DNA from: Candidatus Eiseniibacteriota bacterium
Lineage (GTDB): Bacteria > Eisenbacteria > RBG-16-71-46 > JABDJR01
Direction: 5' to 3'
DNA: 64,000 nt
Assembly (NCBI GenBank): GCA_963762255.1
Contig: CAVXKA010000001.1
Span: 704,001 to 768,000, forward strand
How positions within the stretch are numbered: position 1 is the first letter of the stretch; every line of letters begins with the position of its first letter. This document shows, one piece after another, positions 29,767 through 38,086 of the stretch. Position numbers and translations under genes: made by a program. The notes under the pieces are model-generated. The model worked only from the letters and a program-made list of their open reading frames with translations. It made no database searches and was not told the DNA's origin.

Positions 29767-31068
29767 ATGCTATCCGCGAGCCGACCGGCTCGCAGGAGAT
29801 CCTTCGTGACCGGTATCTGCATCGCGGTCATGGCCGCGTTTCTGCTCGGGCCCGGCCCCGGCGCACTCGCCGACACCGCTCAGGTGCGCACCTTCCCGGT
29901 CACCGTGGTCGCGGACGCATCGTTCCGCTCGGTGCGCGATTGGGACACGCTCGCCCGCACCACTGTCGAAAGGGCCTCGCGCGAGATCTTTACCCTGACC
30001 GGTATCCGCTTCACCGTGCGCGAGCAAGTCGTGTGGGACCGCCCGGACGACTCCACCGCGCTCGACCGGATCCTCGATGACGGCCGCGCGGCGTTCGGTG
30101 GCCGCGACGAATTGGTGGCCATCTTTTGCGGCCCGCGCGCGGAGGAGGGTGACCTCGTCACGATGGGCTACGCGTATCTCGGCCGGCAGATCCTGGTCGT
30201 CGCGCCCCACCGCTCGGACGACTTCATCCCCGGCTACCGCATGGCGGACGACCTCACCCGTACGTTTCTCCACGAGTTCGGCCATGTCCTCGGCATCCCT
30301 CACCTCAAGGGTCGCAACATCATGTCGGGACGATGGGACGAGGTGACCGGCGATTTCAACGAACTCTCTCTCGATGTGCTGCGCGCCAATCGATCGATGC
30401 GCTTCAGCGCCGACGAGCCGTTTCTAGGTTGCGACCTCGGCGTCCTGCGCGATGTTTATCTCTTCTGGGACGACCGCGGCGAGTGCGAACCGACACTGCT
30501 CGTCAATCTCGGCATCGCTCTGCTTCGGGAGGGCCGGCCGCGGGACGCGCGTGCGCCGTTCGAGAGGGCCCTTCGCGCGAAGCCGCTGGCCGCGTCGGCC
30601 CGCCTGGGTCTTTCGCGTTGTGCGCTGGCGGAGGGCGACACCTCTCTCTCTCGCGGGTTCGCCGCCGAGGCCTCGGCGGACACCACGCTGAGACCGGATC
30701 TTCTTGGCGCGCTCGGCAATCACTGGCTGGCGCTGGGGGACACCGTTCAAGCGGACCGCATGTTCACCCGGAGCATCGCCGCGGATTCGCTGCGCTTCAC
30801 ACCTTGGTACAACCGGGGCGTGACCCGTTACCGGCAGGGTCGCTTCGCCGAGGCGGCAGAGGACTTGCGGCGCGCCCTGACCCTGGAGGAGCGCCCCGAG
30901 GCGTGGTTCAATCTGGGGCTGGCGCTTGAGATGGACAAGGACTTCGGAGACGCGCAGGCGGCGTTCGAGCGCTATCTGGAACTCGTCCCCGAGGGACCGC
31001 GCGCGGAGACCGCCCGGAGCCATCTGACGTGGCTGCGTTCCATCCGGGATCCGGCCGCCGATCGCTGA
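29767..31068 (+). CDS. Secreted zinc metallopeptidase (metzincin) with C-terminal TPR repeats
   Basis: Signal peptide, HEFGHVLGIPH plus Met-turn NIMS, TPRs (WYNRGV, AWFNLGLA). Confidence 0.8.
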   Translation: MLSASRPARRRSFVTGICIAVMAAFLLGPGPGALADTAQVRTFPVTVVADASFRSVRDWDTLARTTVERASREIFTLTGIRFTVREQVVWDRPDDSTALDRILDDGRAAFGGRDELVAIFCGPRAEEGDLVTMGYAYLGRQILVVAPHRSDDFIPGYRMADDLTRTFLHEFGHVLGIPHLKGRNIMSGRWDEVTGDFNELSLDVLRANRSMRFSADEPFLGCDLGVLRDVYLFWDDRGECEPTLLVNLGIALLREGRPRDARAPFERALRAKPLAASARLGLSRCALAEGDTSLSRGFAAEASADTTLRPDLLGALGNHWLALGDTVQADRMFTRSIAADSLRFTPWYNRGVTRYRQGRFAEAAEDLRRALTLEERPEAWFNLGLALEMDKDFGDAQAAFERYLELVPEGPRAETARSHLTWLRSIRDPAADR

Positions 31069-31130
31069 CGCCTCGCAGCAGACGTAATGCACGGTTTCTG
31101 CCCTGAAGCCGCACCCGGAAGGAGGTCCGC

Positions 31131-31406
31131 TTGATCGACTGGAAGATGCTTGCGTCCACCTTCGGCCTCATTTTCGTGGCCGAACTCGGCGACAAGACTC
31201 AGCTCGCGACCTTCGGGCTCGCGGGCTCGGGGAAGTCGAAGCTGTCGGTGTTCCTCGGCGCGGCTCTCGCCCTTGCCGCGACATCGGCCATCGCTGTGCT
31301 GCTTGGCAGCGCGCTTTCGCGCGTCGTGCCCGCCGAGTGGATCGAGCGGGGAGCGGGCGTGCTCTTCATCGTGATCGGGATCTTCTACCTGCTGGGCAAG
31401 GCATGA
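31131..31406 (+). CDS. TMEM165/GDT1 (UPF0016) family protein, single-repeat half transporter
   Basis: IFVAELGDKTQL motif, three TM helices, 91 aa. Confidence 0.9.
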   Translation: MIDWKMLASTFGLIFVAELGDKTQLATFGLAGSGKSKLSVFLGAALALAATSAIAVLLGSALSRVVPAEWIERGAGVLFIVIGIFYLLGKA

Positions 31407-31438
31407 GGTCCGGGTCCGCCGCAGCAGGAGTGTGAACG

Positions 31439-31738
31439 GTGAACGAGGACGACTCGGTCGATCTGCCCATCGACGGCACCCTCGACCTGCACGCGTTCCA
31501 CCCGCGTGAGGTGAAGGATCTTGTGGCGGTGTACCTCGCCGCCTGCCGCGAGCGAGGAATTCTCGAAGTGCGCATCGTCCACGGCAAAGGGACCGGGGCG
31601 TTGCGGGAAACCGTGCACGCCGTGCTGGCGAAGCTCCCGGAGGTGCGGGAATTCAAGCTGGCGGGAGAGGATCGCGGAAGTTGGGGGGCGACCCTGGTTT
31701 GGTTGCATCCCCAGGGTCGCCCCGAACCGTCGAACTGA
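31439..31738 (+). CDS. Stand-alone Smr (small MutS-related) domain protein
   Basis: LDLH, VRIVHGKGTGALR, SWGATLV. Confidence 0.92.
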   Translation: MNEDDSVDLPIDGTLDLHAFHPREVKDLVAVYLAACRERGILEVRIVHGKGTGALRETVHAVLAKLPEVREFKLAGEDRGSWGATLVWLHPQGRPEPSN

Positions 31739-31756
31739 GCGGTTGCCGCGAGAGGA

Positions 31757-32578
31757 TTACTCCTCGTCCTCGGGCGCCGCGGGGGGCGCCGGCGGCGCGG
31801 GCGCGTCGTCGTCATCCATCCACCACGGTCCGGGCCCCATTGGAGCGAAGCCGGGAAGATCGCCGCCCGGACACCCCATCCCCATCAGCGGGGCCTGATC
31901 GTCAACTGGAGATCCCAACCCCGCGCCAAAGCCTCGGCCCATGCCACGGCCACGGCCGACGCCCTGGCCCGCGCAGCAGCCGGGCTTGCAGGACACGCCC
32001 GCGCCGGGCCCCTGGCCCATGCCGGGTGCGCAGCTTCCCTGACCCATGCCGCGCCCCTGACCCATCCCGGCACCGCCGCGCCCTTGCATCCGCCCATGCC
32101 GGGAGTGCATGCCGTTGCGCGGCGCATCGCGGCGCATCTGCTTCAACTGCTCGCGCTGCTCCGTCGTGAACACCTCGCGGGTGGAGAGCCGCGCTTCCAG
32201 CCTCGCGTCGGCAGCCGCGGCCTGCAGGGCGCTCATCTCGCGATGCAGCGTGCGGATCTTGTCCTTGTCGAGGTTGTCGTTCATGAACTCGACGCGGATC
32301 TGCGCTTGAAGATCCGCCATCTTGCCGTGGCGCAGGACCTGCTGGCGCTGCGTGTCCTCGCGGATCGCGGCCAGCTTCTCCTTCTGCGCATCGGAGAGGT
32401 TCAGCTTTTCGGCCGCCTGCTCGCGCATCCCCATCTGGCGCATCTCCATCTTCGGCGCCGGCAACCCGTCGCGGACCCGTCCCCGCCGCGGTTGCGCATC
32501 GGCGATGGAAATCGCGGCAATGCTTGCGACGATCGCCAGCGCTCCTACCGTCATCATTCTTCTAGTCGTGCGTGTCAT
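31757..32578 (-). CDS. Spy/CpxP-like periplasmic protein with Gly/Met/Cys-rich tail
   Basis: Signal peptide, LNLSDAQ and FTTEQR (LTxxQ) motifs, GMGQG repeats. Confidence 0.8.
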   Translation of the reverse strand: MTRTTRRMMTVGALAIVASIAAISIADAQPRRGRVRDGLPAPKMEMRQMGMREQAAEKLNLSDAQKEKLAAIREDTQRQQVLRHGKMADLQAQIRVEFMNDNLDKDKIRTLHREMSALQAAAADARLEARLSTREVFTTEQREQLKQMRRDAPRNGMHSRHGRMQGRGGAGMGQGRGMGQGSCAPGMGQGPGAGVSCKPGCCAGQGVGRGRGMGRGFGAGLGSPVDDQAPLMGMGCPGGDLPGFAPMGPGPWWMDDDDAPAPPAPPAAPEDEE

Positions 32579-33105
32579 GGTCTTTCGTTCCTTTCGTTCA
32601 TCCGGCCCGGACTCTCGGTTTCCGGCCCCCATTCCATCTCGTGAATCTTGCGGCGCTGTTCGGGGGTGAAGATCGCGCCTTCGCGGAGCATGGCCTCCGC
32701 CACCAAACTGTCGAGCTGTGCTTGCAGCATGTTCACCATCCGCGCCTGCCGGTGGACCAACTCCCGATCCTCCTCGAGAAGCGCCTTGCGCATGAGCGTC
32801 CGCTCGCGCAGGAGGTCCTCGCTGCGGGCGCGTATGGCCTCGCGCAGCTCCTCCAGCGAAGCACGCAACTGTGTTTCCTGCTCCGGCGTGAGATCGAGAG
32901 CCTGGCTCAGCCGATCCACCCGCCGCTGCGGCCACTGGCGCATGAGGCCCATAGGCCTCTGCCCGAACCGATGAAGAGGGCCGGGCGAGATCGCCGGCGG
33001 GGGGGGCGCCCGGTGCACATCCGACCAATGCACGATCGCGCCCGAGACGAATCCCACGTTGAGGGCAATCGATACGACAAGGAGGATCCACAGCCCGCGT
33101 CTCAT
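32575..33105 (-). CDS. Periplasmic heavy-metal sensor/ZraP-CpxP-like protein
   Basis: LLVVSIALNVG N-terminal anchor, LDLTPEQ and FTPEQR; ATGA overlaps with both neighbours. Confidence 0.8.
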   Translation of the reverse strand: MRRGLWILLVVSIALNVGFVSGAIVHWSDVHRAPPPPAISPGPLHRFGQRPMGLMRQWPQRRVDRLSQALDLTPEQETQLRASLEELREAIRARSEDLLRERTLMRKALLEEDRELVHRQARMVNMLQAQLDSLVAEAMLREGAIFTPEQRRKIHEMEWGPETESPGRMNERNERP

Positions 33106-33626
33106 CGCTGCGCCTCCTCGCCCGTCGACTCGGTGTTGGCGCCGAGATCCTCGTCGAGATACGCGGCGGCGAGCGATCCCGACGGGGTGTCCAGAAGCGC
33201 GGAGAGGTCGAGCGCTTCCGCGCCGTTGCCGGTGTCGCTGACGACCGTATCCGACCCCGCTCCGAGCAGCGCGCGTCCCGCTACATGTCCACCCACCAAC
33301 GCGATCGCCATGAGACCCAATCCCGCGTAGGCCACGGGGGTGTGCAGGGCCTCGCCCATCGCGATCCGCCAGCGGGGCCGCAGCACCGGCACCGTGGTGC
33401 CGCCGCGCGGGCGGTCCAAGGCTTCCGCGACCCGCGGCCACAAGGGCGTGTCGGGTAGGGTCGAGGCCGGGTCGGTTTCCAGAACCGCCCACATGACCCG
33501 GGTCGCGGAAAGGAGATTGCGGCAGCGCGCGCATTCGGTGACGTGGTCCTCGGCTTGCCGGGCCTCCTCGGGGGAGGCCTCGCCAAGGGCCAATCGCGCT
33601 GCCTGTGTGTCGTTGAAGTGCTTCAT
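33102..33626 (-). CDS. Zinc-finger (zf-HC2) transmembrane anti-sigma factor
   Basis: H...HVTECARC (HxxxCxxC), one TM helix, directly downstream of the ECF sigma gene. Confidence 0.85.
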   Translation of the reverse strand: MKHFNDTQAARLALGEASPEEARQAEDHVTECARCRNLLSATRVMWAVLETDPASTLPDTPLWPRVAEALDRPRGGTTVPVLRPRWRIAMGEALHTPVAYAGLGLMAIALVGGHVAGRALLGAGSDTVVSDTGNGAEALDLSALLDTPSGSLAAAYLDEDLGANTESTGEEAQR

Positions 33627-33771
33627 GTTCCTTCACCCGCGCGCTCGCCCGACCGGTGGGGAGCGCTCTAGGTACACCCGGCATAACCCGCCACCGGGGA
33701 GAATCCTGCGGGGCGGGAGGATCTTTTTCGGAGAGGGCGACATCGGGCGCCGGACCCGCCGCCGCCCGGGA

Positions 33772-34347
33772 TCAGCCGGCGCCCAGTCCCTTGCGCAGCG
33801 CTGCCATGCCGCGGACCAGGAGCGACTCGACCGCCGAGACCGAGATTCCCATCGCCTCGGCGATCTCGTCCTGCGTGAACCCCTCGAATCGTTTCAACAT
33901 AACCGCCACGCGTTGTCGCTCGGGGAGCTTGAGCAGAGCGTGTCGCACCCGCTCGGCGTCGCGGGTGCGCGTCCACACGATGTCGGGGCGATCCGCGTCC
34001 GCGGCTTCCACGCTCAGGACCGCGTCCTCGTCGCCCTCCACACCCGATTCGCCCCAAGTCAGGAGCCTACGCACGCTACGGCGTCGAATCTCGTTGCGGG
34101 CCAGGTTTCCGGCGATCCGAAAGAGAAACGGGGCGAACCGACCTCGGGAAACGTAGGTGGGCGCGGCGCGATGGAGCCGGATGAACGTCTCTTGCGCCAG
34201 GTCGGCCGCGTCATCCGCGGAGCCCAGGCTCCGGAAGAAGAACGCGAGCACGCGACGCTCCCAGCGCTCGACCAACACCCGAAACGCCGCTTCGTCTCCG
34301 GTGGCGGAGGCGCTCATCAGGGCATCGTCGTCGCGCAGATCGGTCAT
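33772..34347 (-). CDS. ECF (sigma70 family) RNA polymerase sigma factor
   Basis: GDEAAFRVLV, DLAQETFI, FLFRIAGN, LPERQR, EIAEAMG..SAVESLL.RG. Confidence 0.93.
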   Translation of the reverse strand: MTDLRDDDALMSASATGDEAAFRVLVERWERRVLAFFFRSLGSADDAADLAQETFIRLHRAAPTYVSRGRFAPFLFRIAGNLARNEIRRRSVRRLLTWGESGVEGDEDAVLSVEAADADRPDIVWTRTRDAERVRHALLKLPERQRVAVMLKRFEGFTQDEIAEAMGISVSAVESLLVRGMAALRKGLGAG

Positions 34348-34441
34348 GATCGAGCGAGCATACTATCTGCACACCGCCCCCTGACAAGGACGTCGCCAAG
34401 CCGGTGACAGCGTGCGATGGCCTGGGCTATGCTCCGCAGCC

Positions 34442-35446
34442 ATGAAACGCACCGGATACCTCATCGCGCTCCTGGTCGTGCTCGTCGTGGTCGTCCTGGC
34501 CGTTCTCGTCGCGCGCAAACCCCGCACGGGGGCGCCGTCGCAAGCGGCCATGCAATCGACCGCCCTCTATCGCGAGGCGGCCGGCTTCGTGTCTCCGGAC
34601 AGCCTCGGTCCCGCCTGGCCCGGCGAGGATGTCCTGCGCGCGGTGCGCGGCGAATGGCGCGCGCTCGGCTTCCGCGACTCGATGATCTGCGAAGAGCTGA
34701 CGCGAGCGGCGATGTATCCGGACGACGGGGAGCCCCTCATCGTGCCCAACGTGTCTCAAACCCCCACCGGATCGAGCGTGGAACTCACCGAGCGGCTCCG
34801 CTTCGGGGAACGCCTGCTCGCCCACCCGCGCTGGCGCATGGGATCGCTGCGCCACTTCCCGGTATTGGCAGCCACGCTTTCCTCGACCGAGAAGAGCGTG
34901 CTCGCCTATCTCTCGGGGCCCGGCCGCAAGCCGACGAAGCTCGACTCTCTGGCGATGGCCCTCGACCTTCCGCGAGAAGAGGTCGCGCCCGTGTTGACGA
35001 CCCTCCAGTCGGTCGGTTGGGTGCGCGCCGACGTCGCCGCGGATTCGACGCTCTACACGATCGCCGATCCTTCGATCGCGAAGGGGGGCGCGTTACAGTT
35101 TGTGGAGATCGCAGCGGGCGCGGGGAGGCCGATGGACATGGTGTCGATCGCGGCCGTGTTCGCCCGCACCTCGCCGACGCTCTTCGCGAGCCGGGTCGTG
35201 CTGCGCGGACCCTGCGCCGCCACCGGACGAACCGTCGTCATCGAAGTGGGCGCGGGCAAGCTCTTCCGAGGCCGCCCCGGCAGCGCGTGGGCCGCGGAGA
35301 TCCGGCCTCCCGGTCGCAGCTCCGGACTCTTCGTGTCCCAGCGAGCCTTCGAGCGGTGGCGGGCCGAACATCCCGACGTGCAGGTGGGCGCGCAGAGCAC
35401 CGTGCTCGATCTGTATCGAATCGAGCGAAGCGGCGTGAGCGAATAG
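34442..35446 (+). CDS. Membrane-anchored protein with winged helix and MerB (organomercurial lyase)-like C-terminal domain
   Basis: N-terminal TM; wHTH (LDSLAMALDLPREEVAPVLTTL); C-terminal VLRGPCAATGRTVVIEV...LFVSQRAFERWRAEHP resembles MerB as recalled. Confidence 0.6.
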   Translation: MKRTGYLIALLVVLVVVVLAVLVARKPRTGAPSQAAMQSTALYREAAGFVSPDSLGPAWPGEDVLRAVRGEWRALGFRDSMICEELTRAAMYPDDGEPLIVPNVSQTPTGSSVELTERLRFGERLLAHPRWRMGSLRHFPVLAATLSSTEKSVLAYLSGPGRKPTKLDSLAMALDLPREEVAPVLTTLQSVGWVRADVAADSTLYTIADPSIAKGGALQFVEIAAGAGRPMDMVSIAAVFARTSPTLFASRVVLRGPCAATGRTVVIEVGAGKLFRGRPGSAWAAEIRPPGRSSGLFVSQRAFERWRAEHPDVQVGAQSTVLDLYRIERSGVSE

Positions 35447-35507
35447 ACGGTTCCTCGGCGCTGCTGGGTCAGACCGCGTTTCCCTCGGCCGAAACCAGCC
35501 ATGGAAT

Positions 35508-35532
35508 TAACTCATTTATTTTGAATGAGTTA
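35508..35532. promoter_or_regulatory. AT-rich inverted repeat, IHF-like or regulator binding site
   Basis: TAACTCATT-tattttg-AATGAGTTA: perfect 9-bp arms about 160 bp upstream of a sigma54 promoter. Confidence 0.55.
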
Positions 35533-35690
35533 GGGCCCTAAACACCCCCGCTTGCGGCCACCGGGGACGCCGGCACTCGTCGATTTCCCCAGGGCGGCGC
35601 CCGGGCGCCGCTGACGTATCCCGGGCCAGCCAGACATTTAACGTGTTACCGCACAATGGGTTGCAACTGGATCCGCTGCGCCGGAAACGC

Positions 35691-35707
35691 TTGGCACGAC
35701 CCCTGCT
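35691..35707 (+). promoter_or_regulatory. Sigma54 (-24/-12) promoter
   Basis: TTGGCACGACCCCTGCT: GG(35693-4)-N10-GC(35705-6), perfect TGGCACG; predicted +1 near 35718. Confidence 0.75.
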
Positions 35708-35715
35708 CTTTACCC

Positions 35716-36018
35716 GGGCGAACGCCCTCGCAAGGGGATCACCGAAAGGTGAAGCGGTTCGCCCGTCGGAGCGGGGCTAGGAGCCAACCCTCTCCAGTCC
35801 AACTCCCCTCCTCGCCGGCTTTGACTTCGCACCGGCGGGCGGCCGATCCCCTGGAAGGCGCCAGACTTGGTGGCCGGTTGCAGTGACACTGTGTTCCCGG
35901 AAAGCGCCCCTGAGGTCTATGGGCCGGCCACCAGATCTTCGAAGCGCACGAGCGTTGCTGAGCGGGGCCCGGCAAGGGACCTGGGTGATTCCTCCTCCTC
36001 ACCCGGGTCCCTCTTTTT
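35716..36018 (+). ncRNA. Candidate sigma54-dependent structured small RNA (about 300 nt)
   Basis: Lies between a sigma54 promoter and an intrinsic terminator. 5' three-way junction with GCAA and GAAA tetraloops, long stem TGGTGGCCGG/CCGGCCACCA, CCUCC-rich segments; no credible ORF. Confidence 0.65.
35975..36018 (+). terminator. Rho-independent terminator with CU-rich loop
   Basis: 14-bp stem AGGGACCTGGGTGA/TCACCCGGGTCCCT (one G-U), loop TTCCTCCTCC, followed by CTTTTT. Confidence 0.8.
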
Positions 36019-36045
36019 GTGGGGCGGGAGGGGAGAGACCGCCGG

Positions 36046-36903
36046 CTAGACCTTCGGCTTCGCCGCCACTTCGTCGACCTCGATGATGCGGTCGAGGCGG
36101 AAGTCCCGATCCTCTTTGCGCAGGTGGCAGTACGCCCGCATGTTCATCCCCTTGATGTTCTTGGGGGTCACGCGCCGATACGTCTGGCCGCCGCTCCCGC
36201 GGTAGGTGATCTCGAGATCCATGTGCGTCTCGATCGCTCGCCGGATGCTCTCCACCACCAACTGAAAGCTGTTCTCCTCGCGCCCGTGCCCCCCGATCGA
36301 GAACTGGTACGAAGTGCGGTAGCCGGGAACGCGCGTAATGTCGTCCTGGCCGCGCTGGTGGTACTCGGCCAGGTAATGGAGCAGCACGCGTCCGGCCATG
36401 CGCGCATCGTCGAGCGCGCGGTGGGCGTGCGGACCTTCGATGCCCAGCCGGTTGGCAAGAACTCCGAGCGTGAACGGACCGGTGTCGTCCTGCGCCCGCG
36501 CCAACTCCAGGGTATCGAGCACGGGGTTCCCCACCTGATTGCGGCCCATCTTCTCGAGCTTGTACTGGAGGAACCCCATGTCGAACTCGGCGTTGTGGGC
36601 CACGATGATGGCATCGGAAAGGAGCGGCAGGAACTGATCCGCCAGATCCTCGAAGCGCGGCTGCCCCGCGAGCATCTCGGGTGTGATGCCGCTCACTTGC
36701 GCGGCGGCCGGATCGAGCGGCCGGCCCGGATCGACCAGCGCGCTGTACTCCTTGACGATCTCTCCGTCTTCGAACCGCGCCAACCCGATCTCGCAGATCT
36801 CGTCGCCGACAGCGGGATAGAGCCCCGTGGTCTCGAAATCGATGACCGCGAACGCGCGCGCCAGAAGAGGATTGGGCAACTCGCTGAACAGATCGAAGGA
36901 CAT
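36046..36903 (-). CDS. DEDDh 3'-5' exonuclease (DnaQ-like) fused to a C-terminal WYL domain
   Basis: VIDFETTG, VAHNAEFD, LDTL, HRALDDA; C-terminal IRRAI...LEITYRG...RRVTP...AYCHLRKEDRDFRLDRI. Confidence 0.88.
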   Translation of the reverse strand: MSFDLFSELPNPLLARAFAVIDFETTGLYPAVGDEICEIGLARFEDGEIVKEYSALVDPGRPLDPAAAQVSGITPEMLAGQPRFEDLADQFLPLLSDAIIVAHNAEFDMGFLQYKLEKMGRNQVGNPVLDTLELARAQDDTGPFTLGVLANRLGIEGPHAHRALDDARMAGRVLLHYLAEYHQRGQDDITRVPGYRTSYQFSIGGHGREENSFQLVVESIRRAIETHMDLEITYRGSGGQTYRRVTPKNIKGMNMRAYCHLRKEDRDFRLDRIIEVDEVAAKPKV

Positions 36904-37061
36904 CCGGAATCCTTTGCGGAGGGGTGTGACTCGATACGATGTCGCTATCTTAGCGGCTCGGAGGGCGTTGCGAAACCCACGCGCGGCTCGCCGCCACCGG
37001 ATGCGCGCGCGGCCCGTGGTACACTCCTCGCCGCCGCAAGACATGGGAAAGGACCCCAAAC

Positions 37062-37445
37062 GTGTTCGAAATCGTCAAGAGTGCGGAGTTCGCCGCGGCG
37101 CACGCGCTACGGGATTACGACGGCCCCTGCGCCCGCAACCACGGCCACAACTACAAGATCGAGATCGTGATTCGGGGGGAGCGGCTCGACAAGCAAGAGA
37201 TGCTCATCGACTTCGCTCACCTGGACCGCGTTTTCGCCCCGCTGATCGAGCGGGTGGACCACCGAAACCTCAACGACATGCCTCCCTTCGATCGCGTGAA
37301 CCCCACGGCGGAGGCGGTGGCGGCGTGGTTCTACCGCGAGATGCGGCCCCGGATCGCGGAGGTGAGCGGCGGGCGCGCCGCCCTGAACGCGGTGCGCCTG
37401 TGGGAGACGCCCGATTCCTGCGTGACCTACACCGAGGAGTCGTGA
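37062..37445 (+). CDS. queD: 6-carboxy-5,6,7,8-tetrahydropterin synthase
   Basis: FAAAH, CARNHGHNY, IDF, DHRNLND, NPTAE, LWETP. Confidence 0.92.
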   Translation: MFEIVKSAEFAAAHALRDYDGPCARNHGHNYKIEIVIRGERLDKQEMLIDFAHLDRVFAPLIERVDHRNLNDMPPFDRVNPTAEAVAAWFYREMRPRIAEVSGGRAALNAVRLWETPDSCVTYTEES

Positions 37446-38086
37446 ACCGGTTGAAGGTCACCGAGATCTTCCTCTCCATCCAGGGCGAGTCGTCACAGGC
37501 CGGGCGGCCGTGCGTGTTCGTGCGGCTCACCGCCTGCGATCTGCGCTGCCGCTGGTGCGATACCACCTACGCCTTCACCGAGGGGCACCCGATGACGACG
37601 GGGGCCGTCCTCGACGCGGTCCTCGCCCACGATTGCCGGCTGGTCGAGATCACGGGAGGCGAGCCGCTCTTGCAGGAGGAGACGCCCGATCTGTGCCGGC
37701 GTCTGCTCGCCGCGGGCCGCGAGGTGATGATCGAGACCGGCGGTCATCGCGACATCTCCCTGTTGCCCGATGGAGTGAAGGTGATCCTCGACGTGAAGTG
37801 CCCAGGGAGCGGGGAGTCGGAGCGGGTGCGTTGGGAGAACCTCGATCGTCTCGGATCGGACGGCGAGGTGAAGTTCGTCATCGCCGACCGGCGGGACTAC
37901 GACTGGGCGCGAGAGGTCGTGCGAGCCCGCGGGCTGGCGGAGCGCTTCGCGGTGCTCTTCGCCCCCGTCTTCGGCGAACTCGATTACGCGGATCTCGCGG
38001 CGTGGATCCTCGAGGATCGCCTCGATGTCCGCCTCCAACTGCAGATCCACAAACACATCTGGGAGCCTTCCCGTCGTGGCGTCTGA
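37442..38086 (+). CDS. queE: 7-carboxy-7-deazaguanine synthase (radical SAM)
   Basis: EIFLSIQGE, CDLRCRWCDT, ITGGEPLLQ, KFVI, QLQIHKHIW. Confidence 0.92.
   Translation: MNRLKVTEIFLSIQGESSQAGRPCVFVRLTACDLRCRWCDTTYAFTEGHPMTTGAVLDAVLAHDCRLVEITGGEPLLQEETPDLCRRLLAAGREVMIETGGHRDISLLPDGVKVILDVKCPGSGESERVRWENLDRLGSDGEVKFVIADRRDYDWAREVVRARGLAERFAVLFAPVFGELDYADLAAWILEDRLDVRLQLQIHKHIWEPSRRGV

Noticed and set aside
35716-36018. SRP RNA, RNase P RNA, tmRNA or tRNA identity for the structured RNA
   Set aside because: Lacks the SRP helix-8 motif, the RNase P GAGGAAAGUCC motif, tRNA-like ends and a tag ORF.
35867-36049. 60-aa ORF and other short ORFs in the 35.45-36.05 kb gap
   Set aside because: No RBS or recognisable motif, and the ORF would run through the intrinsic terminator; the RNA interpretation fits better.
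37062-38086. Dpd-type DNA 7-deazaguanine modification/defence island
   Set aside because: No dpdA/tgt paralog or other dpd genes, and no mobility signatures in the window.
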